This document shows, one piece after another, positions 39,996 through 49,018 of a stretch of 64,000 nucleotides of DNA (position 1 is the first letter of the stretch; every line of letters begins with the position of its first letter). Under the pieces are notes generated by a model. That model was given only the letters and a program-made list of their open reading frames with translations. It ran no database searches and was not told the DNA's origin. The position numbers and the translations under genes were made by a program. The stretch is from Candidatus Nanoarchaeia archaeon (GTDB lineage Archaea > Nanobdellota > Nanobdellia > Pacearchaeales > GW2011-AR1): NCBI GenBank assembly GCA_028718805.1, contig JAQUKY010000007.1, forward strand, positions 18,176-82,175, written 5' to 3'.

Positions 39996-42900
39996 TCAAT
40001 AAGCCTGTTCATATGCAGGATTTTCATACTCCGGAGGGGCACTTTCTGTTTCAAATGGTATTCCAAATGCCTTTAATACTGCAACCGGATCTTTATGATA
40101 TTCATTGAATATCTTCTGATTCTGATTGAAATCAAAAATTCTCCTTTTTTGCATTTCGTATAGCAGCTTTGTCCTGAACTCAAATTCTTTGCCTAATTCT
40201 TCCAAGGTTAAACCATATCTTTCTGCAATTTTCTCAAAAACCTTACTGTCTTTTTTAAAATAAAAAACATCTTCTCTGGCATTCCATACAAAAGGAGTGT
40301 TTGTTAAAGCAATTCCTTTAGGGTCAACATTTATAATTTCAACAATCTCTCTTAATCTTCTTGTTTGCTGTTTGTTTACAATAGCATGGGTCATGACTGC
40401 AACACAATCTAATGTATTCAAAAGAGTAGGAGATAGTTCTATTGGAGGCGTTTCCAGTCTTTTAACTAATGTATCCACAGAATCTGCATGCATTGTGCTT
40501 ATAGATGAATGTCCCGAAGCCATTCCCTGGAACAGTACAAATGCTTCTTTTCCTCTGACTTCTCCTACAATTACATAATCTGGATTTTGCCTAAAAGAGT
40601 TTTTTAGTAAGCTAAACAAGTCAACTTCCCCGAAATTGCCTAATCCTAATGAGGTTCTTGAAACACTTGGCAGCCAGTTTTCTCTTGGAAGATTAATTTC
40701 CCTGGTATTATGGACAAAGATATTATCAACAATAAATTTCTCATGATCTGGTATGCTTAAGTCAAAAACCTCTGTTTCTTTAGGTTCTATTTTATTTATT
40801 TTTTTAACTCTATCCCAAAATATATCTGAATGTGACAAATCATTAAACAATGAGCCAGGTATTGCTATTTTCTGCAGGTAATCTCTTCCAATATTTTGCA
40901 TTCCCTGCAAATAAGGCCAGGATAATATCTTATTTGTATTAACATCTTTTAGCTGGTTTATGCTTAAAGGAACTATATCTGAATGGGTGTGCCAAGATTT
41001 TTTTCTTAACATTTCTATTACTTTTTCATTCTTTCTTTCCTGCAGAAATCCAATATCCGTGAATTTACTAATATTAGCAGAATCGGAAATTGACATGTTA
41101 ATACATTTATCTTTCCTGTCAAAATCATTGATTCTTGATATTATCCCAAATCTTAGAAGTAATGTCTGCAAGGTTTCAAGAATGTTTATACTTTGAGATG
41201 CGCAGGAAACTTCTGATTTTTTTGCACAGCCATCAGCACTAAAATACCCTCTTATAAAATGTTTTACCTGCTCATTTGAAAGCCCAAATATAAAATCAGG
41301 AATTTTTTTTGAATTTGAGCATCCATCAAATCTAAGGACATTTTTCATAAATTTATAGAAAATAGTGCTGTGTATTCTTAATGAAACTCCTCCGTCATTC
41401 ATCTCGGAATATCCTGCTTTAAGATATTCAGCCACATTTTTTAAAACATTTCTGCATTCTTCATCAATATTAGATAATATAACTGAATTTCCATTGTAGT
41501 TATCATAACTTCCATCTCCAAGCCATAGCCCGCAAAATTCTAGGAAATTATTACTTACATTAAAAATCACAGGTATTGAAGAGGTATTTTTGCTTTTTAT
41601 TCTTAGCTCTTTCAACTCATCATATGAAAAATTCTCCCTAATTTTTTTGAAATCCTCAATTTTTATAATATCATGTTCTTTCCACCATCTATATTTTTCT
41701 TTTTCAACTTTAAAGTCCTTTAATTTATATTTTTCAAAGATTTTTTTTATAGGTTTTCCAGCCAAGAAATCACCTTCAAAATATTCTAAATAACTCATTA
41801 AATTTATTTCTTTTATATTCTGCCCTTCAATTGGAAGTGCTCTTGGAACTGCTATAAACGATTCTCCTTCCTTGAGTTCAGTTGGTTTTATCTCTATTAA
41901 TCCATTTTCACCTAAGGAAAACAGGGAATGGTCTTGAGTTACTTTAACTTTTCTCCCTGTGCGAGTTAAAATTTCATAAATATCTTTTTTAACAGTGTGT
42001 TTTATATGGGAATAGGGTTTGACAAATATTATTTTCCCATTTTCATTTAAGGTCATTACTTCAGCATCTATTTTATTGTCTACAAATTCTTTTATTGTAA
42101 TATTCCTTATTTTTTCATTTTCTTTAATAATTATTTTTGAATCTCCTGTAACACTGTCTTCAATTGAAACAACTCTTGATTCTGGAGGGATAAAAAAAGC
42201 AATAGCATTCAACAAAGTTGTTTTTCCAGAGGCTGTTCCTCCTGAAATCAAAATGTTTGATTTATGTTCAAGCAAAATCCAAAAATAAGCAAGCATCTCG
42301 GGAGAAATTGTTTTCATGCTTAACAATTGAATTGGCGTCCATGGAACTTTTGTAAACTTTCTTATTGTAAATGTAGGTCCTCTCGAGGTTACGTCTACTG
42401 TGTAAGTTGCGTTTACTCTTGAGCCATCAGGCAAACTTCCATCCAGAATAGGGGATGCATAGGAAATATACTTCCCGCATCTTTGTGCTATTTTTTCAAC
42501 AAAACTTGATATTTTATCCATAGAATCAAATTTAATATTGGTTTTCATGTTTCTGTATAATCTATGGACAATGAAGATAGGGGTATTGATTCCGTTGCAT
42601 TCTATATCTTCTATAAAAAAGTCTCTCATTAAAGGCTCAATTTCATTTAACCCTACAAAATTTCTAAACAAATAATAAAATATTTTTTTATAAGATTCCT
42701 CACCAACAGTTAGAGCAAGCTCTTCAATCAACAATCTTGAAGTTTTGTCTATATAGTCTATCATGGCCTCTTTTGTTTTTTCAACAAGAATATTAACATT
42801 AATCATTTCTTCCAGGCTTCTTTCTAACACAACAAGCAAGGATTTCTCATTGTCGCTCAAAACCGGTTCCTCAATATTATAGAGAAGTTCTCCTACTCTT

Positions 42901-43028
42901 TGATCCCAATAAATATGGACGCTAACATAGGGAGAAATAAGGACATACCTGACATTAATTTTTGTTTTGTCCTCCATTTTAGGCAGGGCAGGTATTGTGG
43001 GGTTTAAATTTATTTCTATGCGTTGCAT
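39996..43028 (-). CDS. FlaI/TadA/VirB11-family secretion ATPase interrupted by an intein (527-aa extein)
   Basis: Walker A GGTASGKTT. The Asp box reads IED, then the intein, then TREINLP in place of IEDTPEL. Downstream His-box and VirB11-like motifs are present. Confidence 0.8.
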   Translation of the reverse strand: MQRIEINLNPTIPALPKMEDKTKINVRYVLISPYVSVHIYWDQRVGELLYNIEEPVLSDNEKSLLVVLERSLEEMINVNILVEKTKEAMIDYIDKTSRLLIEELALTVGEESYKKIFYYLFRNFVGLNEIEPLMRDFFIEDIECNGINTPIFIVHRLYRNMKTNIKFDSMDKISSFVEKIAQRCGKYISYASPILDGSLPDGSRVNATYTVDVTSRGPTFTIRKFTKVPWTPIQLLSMKTISPEMLAYFWILLEHKSNILISGGTASGKTTLLNAIAFFIPPESRVVSIEDSVTGDSKIIIKENEKIRNITIKEFVDNKIDAEVMTLNENGKIIFVKPYSHIKHTVKKDIYEILTRTGRKVKVTQDHSLFSLGENGLIEIKPTELKEGESFIAVPRALPIEGQNIKEINLMSYLEYFEGDFLAGKPIKKIFEKYKLKDFKVEKEKYRWWKEHDIIKIEDFKKIRENFSYDELKELRIKSKNTSSIPVIFNVSNNFLEFCGLWLGDGSYDNYNGNSVILSNIDEECRNVLKNVAEYLKAGYSEMNDGGVSLRIHSTIFYKFMKNVLRFDGCSNSKKIPDFIFGLSNEQVKHFIRGYFSADGCAKKSEVSCASQSINILETLQTLLLRFGIISRINDFDRKDKCINMSISDSANISKFTDIGFLQERKNEKVIEMLRKKSWHTHSDIVPLSINQLKDVNTNKILSWPYLQGMQNIGRDYLQKIAIPGSLFNDLSHSDIFWDRVKKINKIEPKETEVFDLSIPDHEKFIVDNIFVHNTREINLPRENWLPSVSRTSLGLGNFGEVDLFSLLKNSFRQNPDYVIVGEVRGKEAFVLFQGMASGHSSISTMHADSVDTLVKRLETPPIELSPTLLNTLDCVAVMTHAIVNKQQTRRLREIVEIINVDPKGIALTNTPFVWNAREDVFYFKKDSKVFEKIAERYGLTLEELGKEFEFRTKLLYEMQKRRIFDFNQNQKIFNEYHKDPVAVLKAFGIPFETESAPPEYENPAYEQAY
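40707..42155 (-). mobile_element. intein (483 aa) with a LAGLIDADG homing-endonuclease domain
   Basis: Block A is SVTGDSKI with Ser1. Block B contains VTQDH. The two LAGLIDADG motifs are LWLGDGSYD and IRGYFSADG. The C-terminal HN is followed by Thr+1. Junction codons were checked against the DNA. Confidence 0.75.
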
Positions 43029-43188
43029 TTTTCCTCTTTTTTGTTTTATCAGTAATCTATAAAACGAGGCAGTATGTACCTGAGTAGATTAAGATGTTAT
43101 TCATAAGCTTACTGCCGATTGCTCCTTATTTCCTCGTTTTTTGCATTACTGGTTTAGTTTTTATTTATATCTTAATATCCTTTTATAT

Positions 43189-43722
43189 TTAAATTATGCT
43201 AAATTCAATATTTGTATTTTGTCCTGGGCTAGAAGTTTCTTTATTCTGCATTACTATTTTATAAGGGGTTGTTCCTGCCTGCAAGGTTTTTATCCCTCCG
43301 TCCCCGTTTTTATTAGTTATGTCCAGGTTTGGATAATTCATTGTTAAGATTATTCTAAATCTTGCAGGCATTTTTTCAGTTCTGAGAACAATATTCCCCT
43401 GAGTAATATTTTCCCCAATTTCAGACAATTCTAGTTTAGTATCCTCTAAGGTGTATTTTATTAAATTGTTGTCAGCATCAATATCCAATCTCCCTTTAGA
43501 TATACCTAATTCAACAACTCTTGAATTGCCAGGCGCTTGTTCAACTTCTGAAATCTTTTTATCCAGGATATTAAGAGCAGTTACAGTTTGTTCTATTAAT
43601 GCCTTGTCCTTGGATTTTTCAATTTGAGGCAAAGCCATTGATAAAATTATTGCGATTACTGTTAATCCAATTAAAGTATAGACAACAGTTTCCACCCAGA
43701 TTTGGCCTTTTTTTCTAAACAT
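43189..43722 (-). CDS. type IV pilin-like protein (class III signal peptide)
   Basis: Start taken as the internal Met: MFRKKG/QIWVETVVYTLIGLTVIAI. Confidence 0.5.
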   Translation of the reverse strand: MFRKKGQIWVETVVYTLIGLTVIAIILSMALPQIEKSKDKALIEQTVTALNILDKKISEVEQAPGNSRVVELGISKGRLDIDADNNLIKYTLEDTKLELSEIGENITQGNIVLRTEKMPARFRIILTMNYPNLDITNKNGDGGIKTLQAGTTPYKIVMQNKETSSPGQNTNIEFSII

Positions 43723-44260
43723 TTGGACATCTTTGGAAAGCAGAGCAATCTTCAATAACAGTTGCTGTATCAGAAGCATCACATGCCTTACCGCCTTTTA
43801 AAATAGGATATACTCTTATTATATTAGGTTTAGTAGCAGTAATCACATAAGTTCTTTCTGTATTATCACTTAGAGGAAGCTCAATAGTTGTGCTTCCGTT
43901 ACACATAGAAACTCCGGTTATATTATTTCCGTTTTTTATCTTGTAACTATCAGTAGATGCTCCTCCCAGCTCAATGGAAACTCCTTCGATTAAATCTCTT
44001 ATTTCTAAAACATGAACCTGAACCTGCATTGCAGTGCCATTCCAGCAGGTATAACCAGAACTTATCTCTATTTTTCCTGTAACATCCAGGCAATCTCCTG
44101 AATTAAGTTTGTTCTTAACAAAGGGGATTACAAAAGCGATTATTAGCATTGCTGCAATTATTACGATTAAGATTAATAATACTGATGATATAATCTCAGA
44201 CTGTGCATTTGATTTTGAAAGTTTCGAATTTGTTTTCATTTTAAGCTTCCCACAAAACAA
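43715..44260 (-). CDS. type IV pilin-like protein
   Basis: KSNA/QSEIISSVLLILIVIIAAMLI. The start may instead be the Met at residue 8. Confidence 0.45.
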   Translation of the reverse strand: MFCGKLKMKTNSKLSKSNAQSEIISSVLLILIVIIAAMLIIAFVIPFVKNKLNSGDCLDVTGKIEISSGYTCWNGTAMQVQVHVLEIRDLIEGVSIELGGASTDSYKIKNGNNITGVSMCNGSTTIELPLSDNTERTYVITATKPNIIRVYPILKGGKACDASDTATVIEDCSAFQRCPNV

Positions 44261-44705
44261 AAGCAGCCTGTTCAGGACAGGTAAATTCTTTTATTCCCCC
44301 TTCTTTATTTTTTCCAAGAAGAATAGGTATTATTTTAACTTCAGTAGTAGTTGTAGGATCTATTGCTTCAACACTTAATTTTGTAGAGAGCCCGATATCT
44401 ACTTGCCCATTTTTAGTTTGGTCAGCACGAACAATTCTGGAATTCCCGCCCTCACTTATCTTCACATCAACTGCATATATTGGGACATTTCCAATGTTAG
44501 TAAATCCATAAGTATAATCTTCATTAACAAAAGTTTTAATACTTACCTCACTGCAGACATTTTCAATAGGCTTGTCAAATTTCAAAAGCTTTTCTTTAAT
44601 AAATCCCTGGCTCCATAACAAGATTATAATTGCGATTATAATCACAATCATAATTAAAAGAACTGTTGCAATAACAGGACTAACTCCCTTTTTACCTCTT
44701 TTCAT
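44241..44705 (-). CDS. type IV pilin (class III signal peptide)
   Basis: MKRGKKG/VSPVIATVLLIMIVIII is a canonical prepilin site. Confidence 0.6.
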   Translation of the reverse strand: MKRGKKGVSPVIATVLLIMIVIIIAIIILLWSQGFIKEKLLKFDKPIENVCSEVSIKTFVNEDYTYGFTNIGNVPIYAVDVKISEGGNSRIVRADQTKNGQVDIGLSTKLSVEAIDPTTTTEVKIIPILLGKNKEGGIKEFTCPEQAAFVLWEA

Positions 44706-44743
44706 ATTATTATCTTGTTTTTTTAATTTAAATATTTATTGTT

Positions 44744-45427
44744 TTAAACTGTGCATAAAGAAGTATTGAAAGTGCATTCTAGAGGGTCTTCCTGCGGATA
44801 GCATGATAATGTCCCTCCTGTGAATCCTCCAGGGATTGTTGTACAATTATTCCCATTTAAGTCACTTCCGTCACATAATTCAGTTCCATTTATTATATTA
44901 TCCCCGCAATATGAAAGTATCCCGCATCCGCTAACATCCTGCTTGATCAAGGCCTGTTCGCAGACAATTATTTTTCCTTTTTCATTTATTATATATGGTT
45001 GTATCTGGATAATTTCAATAAATCCTTCTTTTGTAAAACTAATCTCTCTTGGTTCATCACTTGGTTTAAATGTAGTATTAAAATCATAATAGCCTGGTGT
45101 AGTGGGAATTGCTCCATCCGGATATATTGCAGAAAGTTTTGTTGTAGGAATTCTGTTAATATCATCGCTTGCAAGAATTATGAATCCATTAACATTAAAA
45201 TTACCATTATTTTTGAGTTTAATTGTAATTATATTTGAATTGCAGGTAACATCATCTATCCTTAAAGAAGTTCCATCTCTGCAGTCAATTTTAGGATTTA
45301 CATTAGCTAAATCCTTTAACCATATAAAAACCCCAATTGAAATCCCAATTGCAATTGCAATTAAGATTACATAAGAAATCATCTCACTTACTCCTTTCTT
45401 ATTCATTCCTATTCTTTTTAATTTCAT
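44744..45427 (-). CDS. type IV pilin (class III signal peptide)
   Basis: NKKG/VSEMISYVILIAIAI. Confidence 0.55.
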   Translation of the reverse strand: MKLKRIGMNKKGVSEMISYVILIAIAIGISIGVFIWLKDLANVNPKIDCRDGTSLRIDDVTCNSNIITIKLKNNGNFNVNGFIILASDDINRIPTTKLSAIYPDGAIPTTPGYYDFNTTFKPSDEPREISFTKEGFIEIIQIQPYIINEKGKIIVCEQALIKQDVSGCGILSYCGDNIINGTELCDGSDLNGNNCTTIPGGFTGGTLSCYPQEDPLECTFNTSLCTV

Positions 45428-45574
45428 CTCTTTTTTGTTTATCTTTTGGTAATCTGTTAAGCGATTTTAATATGTTCTTGAGTAGCATAAGCTTCTCATA
45501 CATAGCTTATTTCATTTTTGTTTGTTATTAATGTTCACTTTTTTTATTAATTATATAAATTTATGTTAACTTTT

Positions 45575-46111
45575 TTAATTTCTCTCAATATAAACTTCTC
45601 CTTCTTTTTCCTGGGTTATAAGGAAATAAAACATTTCATTATTTCTGATTTCAAATTCAAAATTTCTGTTTAAGATTGTGACATTAATTGTTTCTCCAAA
45701 ACCGGTCAATCTTGTTCTATTGGCATAGATAGTTATTTCATTCCATGAAGGTGAAGCCCCCCCCAAAGTAGCATAAACATCTCCGGTATGTTCAGGTTTA
45801 TATTGGACAGAATATAATTCATCTGCATCACCATAAATAAAGACTATGCTTGTATTATCTGTTTTTTTTAAAAAATAGGGTGCAAATTCAGAATCAGTAA
45901 AATTATTCAAAACTCTTGTTAAATTATCCTTTGAATAAACCCCATAATCAACAATTCTAACAGTTTCTTCTCTTAATTCGCTTCCAATATCCTGTATTTT
46001 TCTTGGTTCTGATTTTACAGAAGCATAAGTTTTAACACTGGCAATTCCAGATACCGCCAGGATAATTATTATTGCTGCAACTAAGTAGTACTGCCCCTTT
46101 TTATTTCTCAT
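45575..46111 (-). CDS. type IV pilin (class III signal peptide)
   Basis: MRNKKG/QYYLVAAIIIILAV. Confidence 0.55.
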   Translation of the reverse strand: MRNKKGQYYLVAAIIIILAVSGIASVKTYASVKSEPRKIQDIGSELREETVRIVDYGVYSKDNLTRVLNNFTDSEFAPYFLKKTDNTSIVFIYGDADELYSVQYKPEHTGDVYATLGGASPSWNEITIYANRTRLTGFGETINVTILNRNFEFEIRNNEMFYFLITQEKEGEVYIERN

Positions 46112-46164
46112 TTTATAAATAAATCAAGTAATTTAACATATATAAATATTTAGAAATAAAGTGC

Positions 46165-46440
46165 AGACCCGGGAGTTTGCTTCATATCTATCAAAAAGCT
46201 ACCTCAGTACATTCTCGGAATTGCTACCCCTCAAGCATCTTAAACTAATGTTTAGGGCTGCTCCGATCAAGGCCTGACCCATTTCGCAATAGCAAGATCA
46301 AGAAGGACAAAACTTCAACGTTTGTATAGAGACTTAATGACAAATATGTCACTTACCCCCTTGCAGCTTGCTTAAAGCTCACTAGCAAATGGCAGAGAGC
46401 TACACTGCCAGCCTAGTCTGCAGAAATCATAAGAATTAAC
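46165..46440 (-). ncRNA. ffs: signal recognition particle RNA (7S/SRP RNA), putative
   Basis: A GC-rich ~270-nt non-coding island in an AT-rich genome. The minus strand reads GGUCAGGCC..GGAGCAGCC, matching the conserved SRP54-binding (helix 8) motif GGUCAGG..GGAAGCAGCC. Terminal complementary segments (cugcagac/gucugcag) can close a helix. Confidence 0.55.
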
Positions 46441-46445
46441 TGTTT

Positions 46446-46655
46446 TTAAGGTTTGTGATTTAAACTGTTAATTATTTTATCAATGTGTAATCCTTCGCCT
46501 TGTGAATTACAAGCCCTCAATAATGCTTCAATACTCTCTGCCTGGTCATCTTGTATTTCCATTGTCTTAGTCCCGCCAAATAATCCTGCTAATAAAGGTT
46601 CTTCAACTATTCCTGTTACATATCCTTGTGGATTTGTCTGTACATATTTTGTCAT
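46446..46655 (-). CDS. hypothetical small protein (69 aa)
   Basis: ORF only. Confidence 0.25.
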   Translation of the reverse strand: MTKYVQTNPQGYVTGIVEEPLLAGLFGGTKTMEIQDDQAESIEALLRACNSQGEGLHIDKIINSLNHKP

Positions 46656-46734
46656 TTTAATTTATCAGAACTCAATTTCCCTGGGTAATAAATCTAAAAA
46701 ATACCCCTATTTAAAACTTACTTTCCAGCCTATT

Positions 46735-48294
46735 TCATCTCATTATCAAAAAAACAATAAGAATTAAGATTAAAATTATAATTATAATCAAAAAACCAAG
46801 CAGGAACTTGTTTGTATAACCTGGACTTTTTGAATCCCCCAGGACATCTGATTTTTCAGAAGTACTATTAAGGCTTATAGCCCAGCCCTGATTCTGGCTG
46901 TTTAATTCTGAGTCTAATCCTAATAAAATTGACTGATGAGTTGAAGAAGAATCATCAAACTCCTTGCATCTGTCATGAGTGTAATAATATTCACTGCATT
47001 CCTCATCATAACAGCATCTGTGCTTATTTTCCTTATCATCCTCTTCTTCACTAGCGCATACTCCATCTTCACAACCATTGTCACATTCTTTAACAAGCTC
47101 TTTTACATTGCTTGAAGAACATGCTCCATTTGCACATCCTGGGATTATATGGTCTTTGTAAACATCCCCGTTATAACAATAATTATCAGAATAACTTTCA
47201 TTTCCGCAGTCCTGGAACAATTTCTGGATTACATTAATCACACATGTTTCATTTCCTCCGCAGGACCAGTCATTTAAATTCCAGTAAACATCACTATTAT
47301 AGCAGTATTTGTCAGAATATGAATCATTAGGACATTGTTCATCTGAACAGCAGGGTATAATCTCAATCTTGCATTCAGAGGAGCATCCATCTCCATTAAC
47401 ATTATTTCCGTCATCACACTCTTCACCTGCTTGGTTTACAAAGCTATCACCGCAGTGATGTTCAGGTTCAGGCGCGCAATTTCCGTCTTCACATCCATAA
47501 GTACAGTTTTCAACAAATTCATTCTTATAATCAGGAGTGGTAAAGCATGATGCACCAGAACATCCTCTTAAAACATCTGTCTTGTTTTTCCATACTTCTT
47601 TTCCTATGCAGTAATTATCCCAGGCCCCATATGAATTGCTTCCGCAATTCTCAAATAATTGAGGGGTTATGTTAAGAAGGCAATTTCCATCCTCGCAAAA
47701 ATGATTTATGAAATCATGGTAAATATTATTGCTAATACAGTATTTATCGCTATAAGTATCAATAGGGCACTGTGTGTCTGAGCAACATCCTTCACTTTCA
47801 ATTATGCAAAATTCATTGCATCCATCTCCATTTACTAAATTTTCATCATCGCATTCCTCTCCTGCATCTAGATTTCCATCACCACACTCAGGCTCTGGTT
47901 CATCAACACATTCTCCATTAAAACAGCCATATTCACACTCTTTTTTTAAGACGGAATTTATGTCCATATGGCAATAGCTGTCAAGTTCTCCTGGATTCTT
48001 GCATTCAAATGTTTTATACATCTGGTAAACATCATTATTATAGCAGTAAGGGCTTAAAATCAGACCAGAATCTCCGCAGTCAGAATTTGAAGAGCATATT
48101 GGCTCAAAACAGTTAAATCCAAAGCTGCTGCAGTTAAATTCAAAATTACAGAAATCACATTCAAAATCATCAAAATTAAACCCAAAATCATCAAAATTAA
48201 AACCGCATCCAGTATCGCATGCGCTGACAAGACTTATTAACATGACAGTTAATAATCCAAATATTCCAAAAAGCAATATATTTTTTGTATTCAT
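46735..48294 (-). CDS. Cys-rich secreted modular protein with a C-terminal TM anchor
   Basis: Signal peptide. Repeated CGDGxxxxGEECDDGNxVNGDGC and CCSDxQCPxDxYSDKYC modules also occur in the 53304 gene. C-terminal TM. Confidence 0.55.
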   Translation of the reverse strand: MNTKNILLFGIFGLLTVMLISLVSACDTGCGFNFDDFGFNFDDFECDFCNFEFNCSSFGFNCFEPICSSNSDCGDSGLILSPYCYNNDVYQMYKTFECKNPGELDSYCHMDINSVLKKECEYGCFNGECVDEPEPECGDGNLDAGEECDDENLVNGDGCNEFCIIESEGCCSDTQCPIDTYSDKYCISNNIYHDFINHFCEDGNCLLNITPQLFENCGSNSYGAWDNYCIGKEVWKNKTDVLRGCSGASCFTTPDYKNEFVENCTYGCEDGNCAPEPEHHCGDSFVNQAGEECDDGNNVNGDGCSSECKIEIIPCCSDEQCPNDSYSDKYCYNSDVYWNLNDWSCGGNETCVINVIQKLFQDCGNESYSDNYCYNGDVYKDHIIPGCANGACSSSNVKELVKECDNGCEDGVCASEEEDDKENKHRCCYDEECSEYYYTHDRCKEFDDSSSTHQSILLGLDSELNSQNQGWAISLNSTSEKSDVLGDSKSPGYTNKFLLGFLIIIIILILILIVFLIMR

Positions 48295-48429
48295 GTGGTT
48301 GATTGTACCTCGCTAATCACCCCAGAGTACTAAAAAAGAATAGATTATTTGTTTATAAACAAACTTATTCTTTTGAATATACTTTATTTTATCACTGATA
48401 TGTGAAACACTAATATCCCCAAAATAAGA

Positions 48430-48708
48430 TTATTTAACTTCATTAAAGAAGTAGTTTGGGTCTGTCATAGTTATGCTATATCCACAACTACATTCAACTA
48501 CATATTGCGGCGGAAGTGATTCAAGAGTGTTTGTAACTTTAAGACCGCTGTGTCTCTTGTCAAATAAACATGCTTCAGGGATTTCTCCATCTGCTTGAAG
48601 CCTTGTTATTATACCATCCACTTCGGCTTCTAATTGAAAAACTGGTTTTTTTTCACTTTCACTGCCTTCTGGCATAGTATTTTTAAAAACTTTTCCTGTT
48701 AGTTTCAT
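48430..48708 (-). CDS. hypothetical small protein with a possible Zn ribbon
   Basis: ORF with Cys pairs CLFDKRH ... CSCGYS. Confidence 0.3.
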   Translation of the reverse strand: MKLTGKVFKNTMPEGSESEKKPVFQLEAEVDGIITRLQADGEIPEACLFDKRHSGLKVTNTLESLPPQYVVECSCGYSITMTDPNYFFNEVK

Positions 48709-48772
48709 TTTAATTTCCTCCTTTCATCTTTATTAATAAAAGGATAATTTCTTCTTTTATCTAATGCAAATT

Positions 48773-49018
48773 TTAACCCCTGATAATCTTCACACTTTTA
48801 ATTAGCTTAGCTTTATCGCCTATGGTTTTGATTAACCTCTCAATTTCATCAGGCCTGAACTCTATTAACCCAGAAGTTGAGTTATTCCTAAATGCTATTT
48901 CAAATTTTTCATTTTTAGGATTCACCATATCCTCATTAATCATAATCTCTTCAATATGGACCTGATTTTTTACTTTTCTTGGCCCATTTCCTGTTTTGTA
49001 TTTTGTTTTTATTATCAT
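48773..49018 (-). CDS. hypothetical small protein
   Basis: ORF whose end sits against the start of the giant gene upstream. Confidence 0.3.
   Translation of the reverse strand: MIIKTKYKTGNGPRKVKNQVHIEEIMINEDMVNPKNEKFEIAFRNNSTSGLIEFRPDEIERLIKTIGDKAKLIKSVKIIRG

Noticed and set aside
46165-46440. I considered whether the GC-rich island is RNase P RNA or a tRNA cluster.
   Set aside because: It lacks the P4 AGGAAAGUCC-type signature and tRNA T-loop motifs. The paired GGUCAGG/GGAGCAGCC motif fits SRP RNA better.
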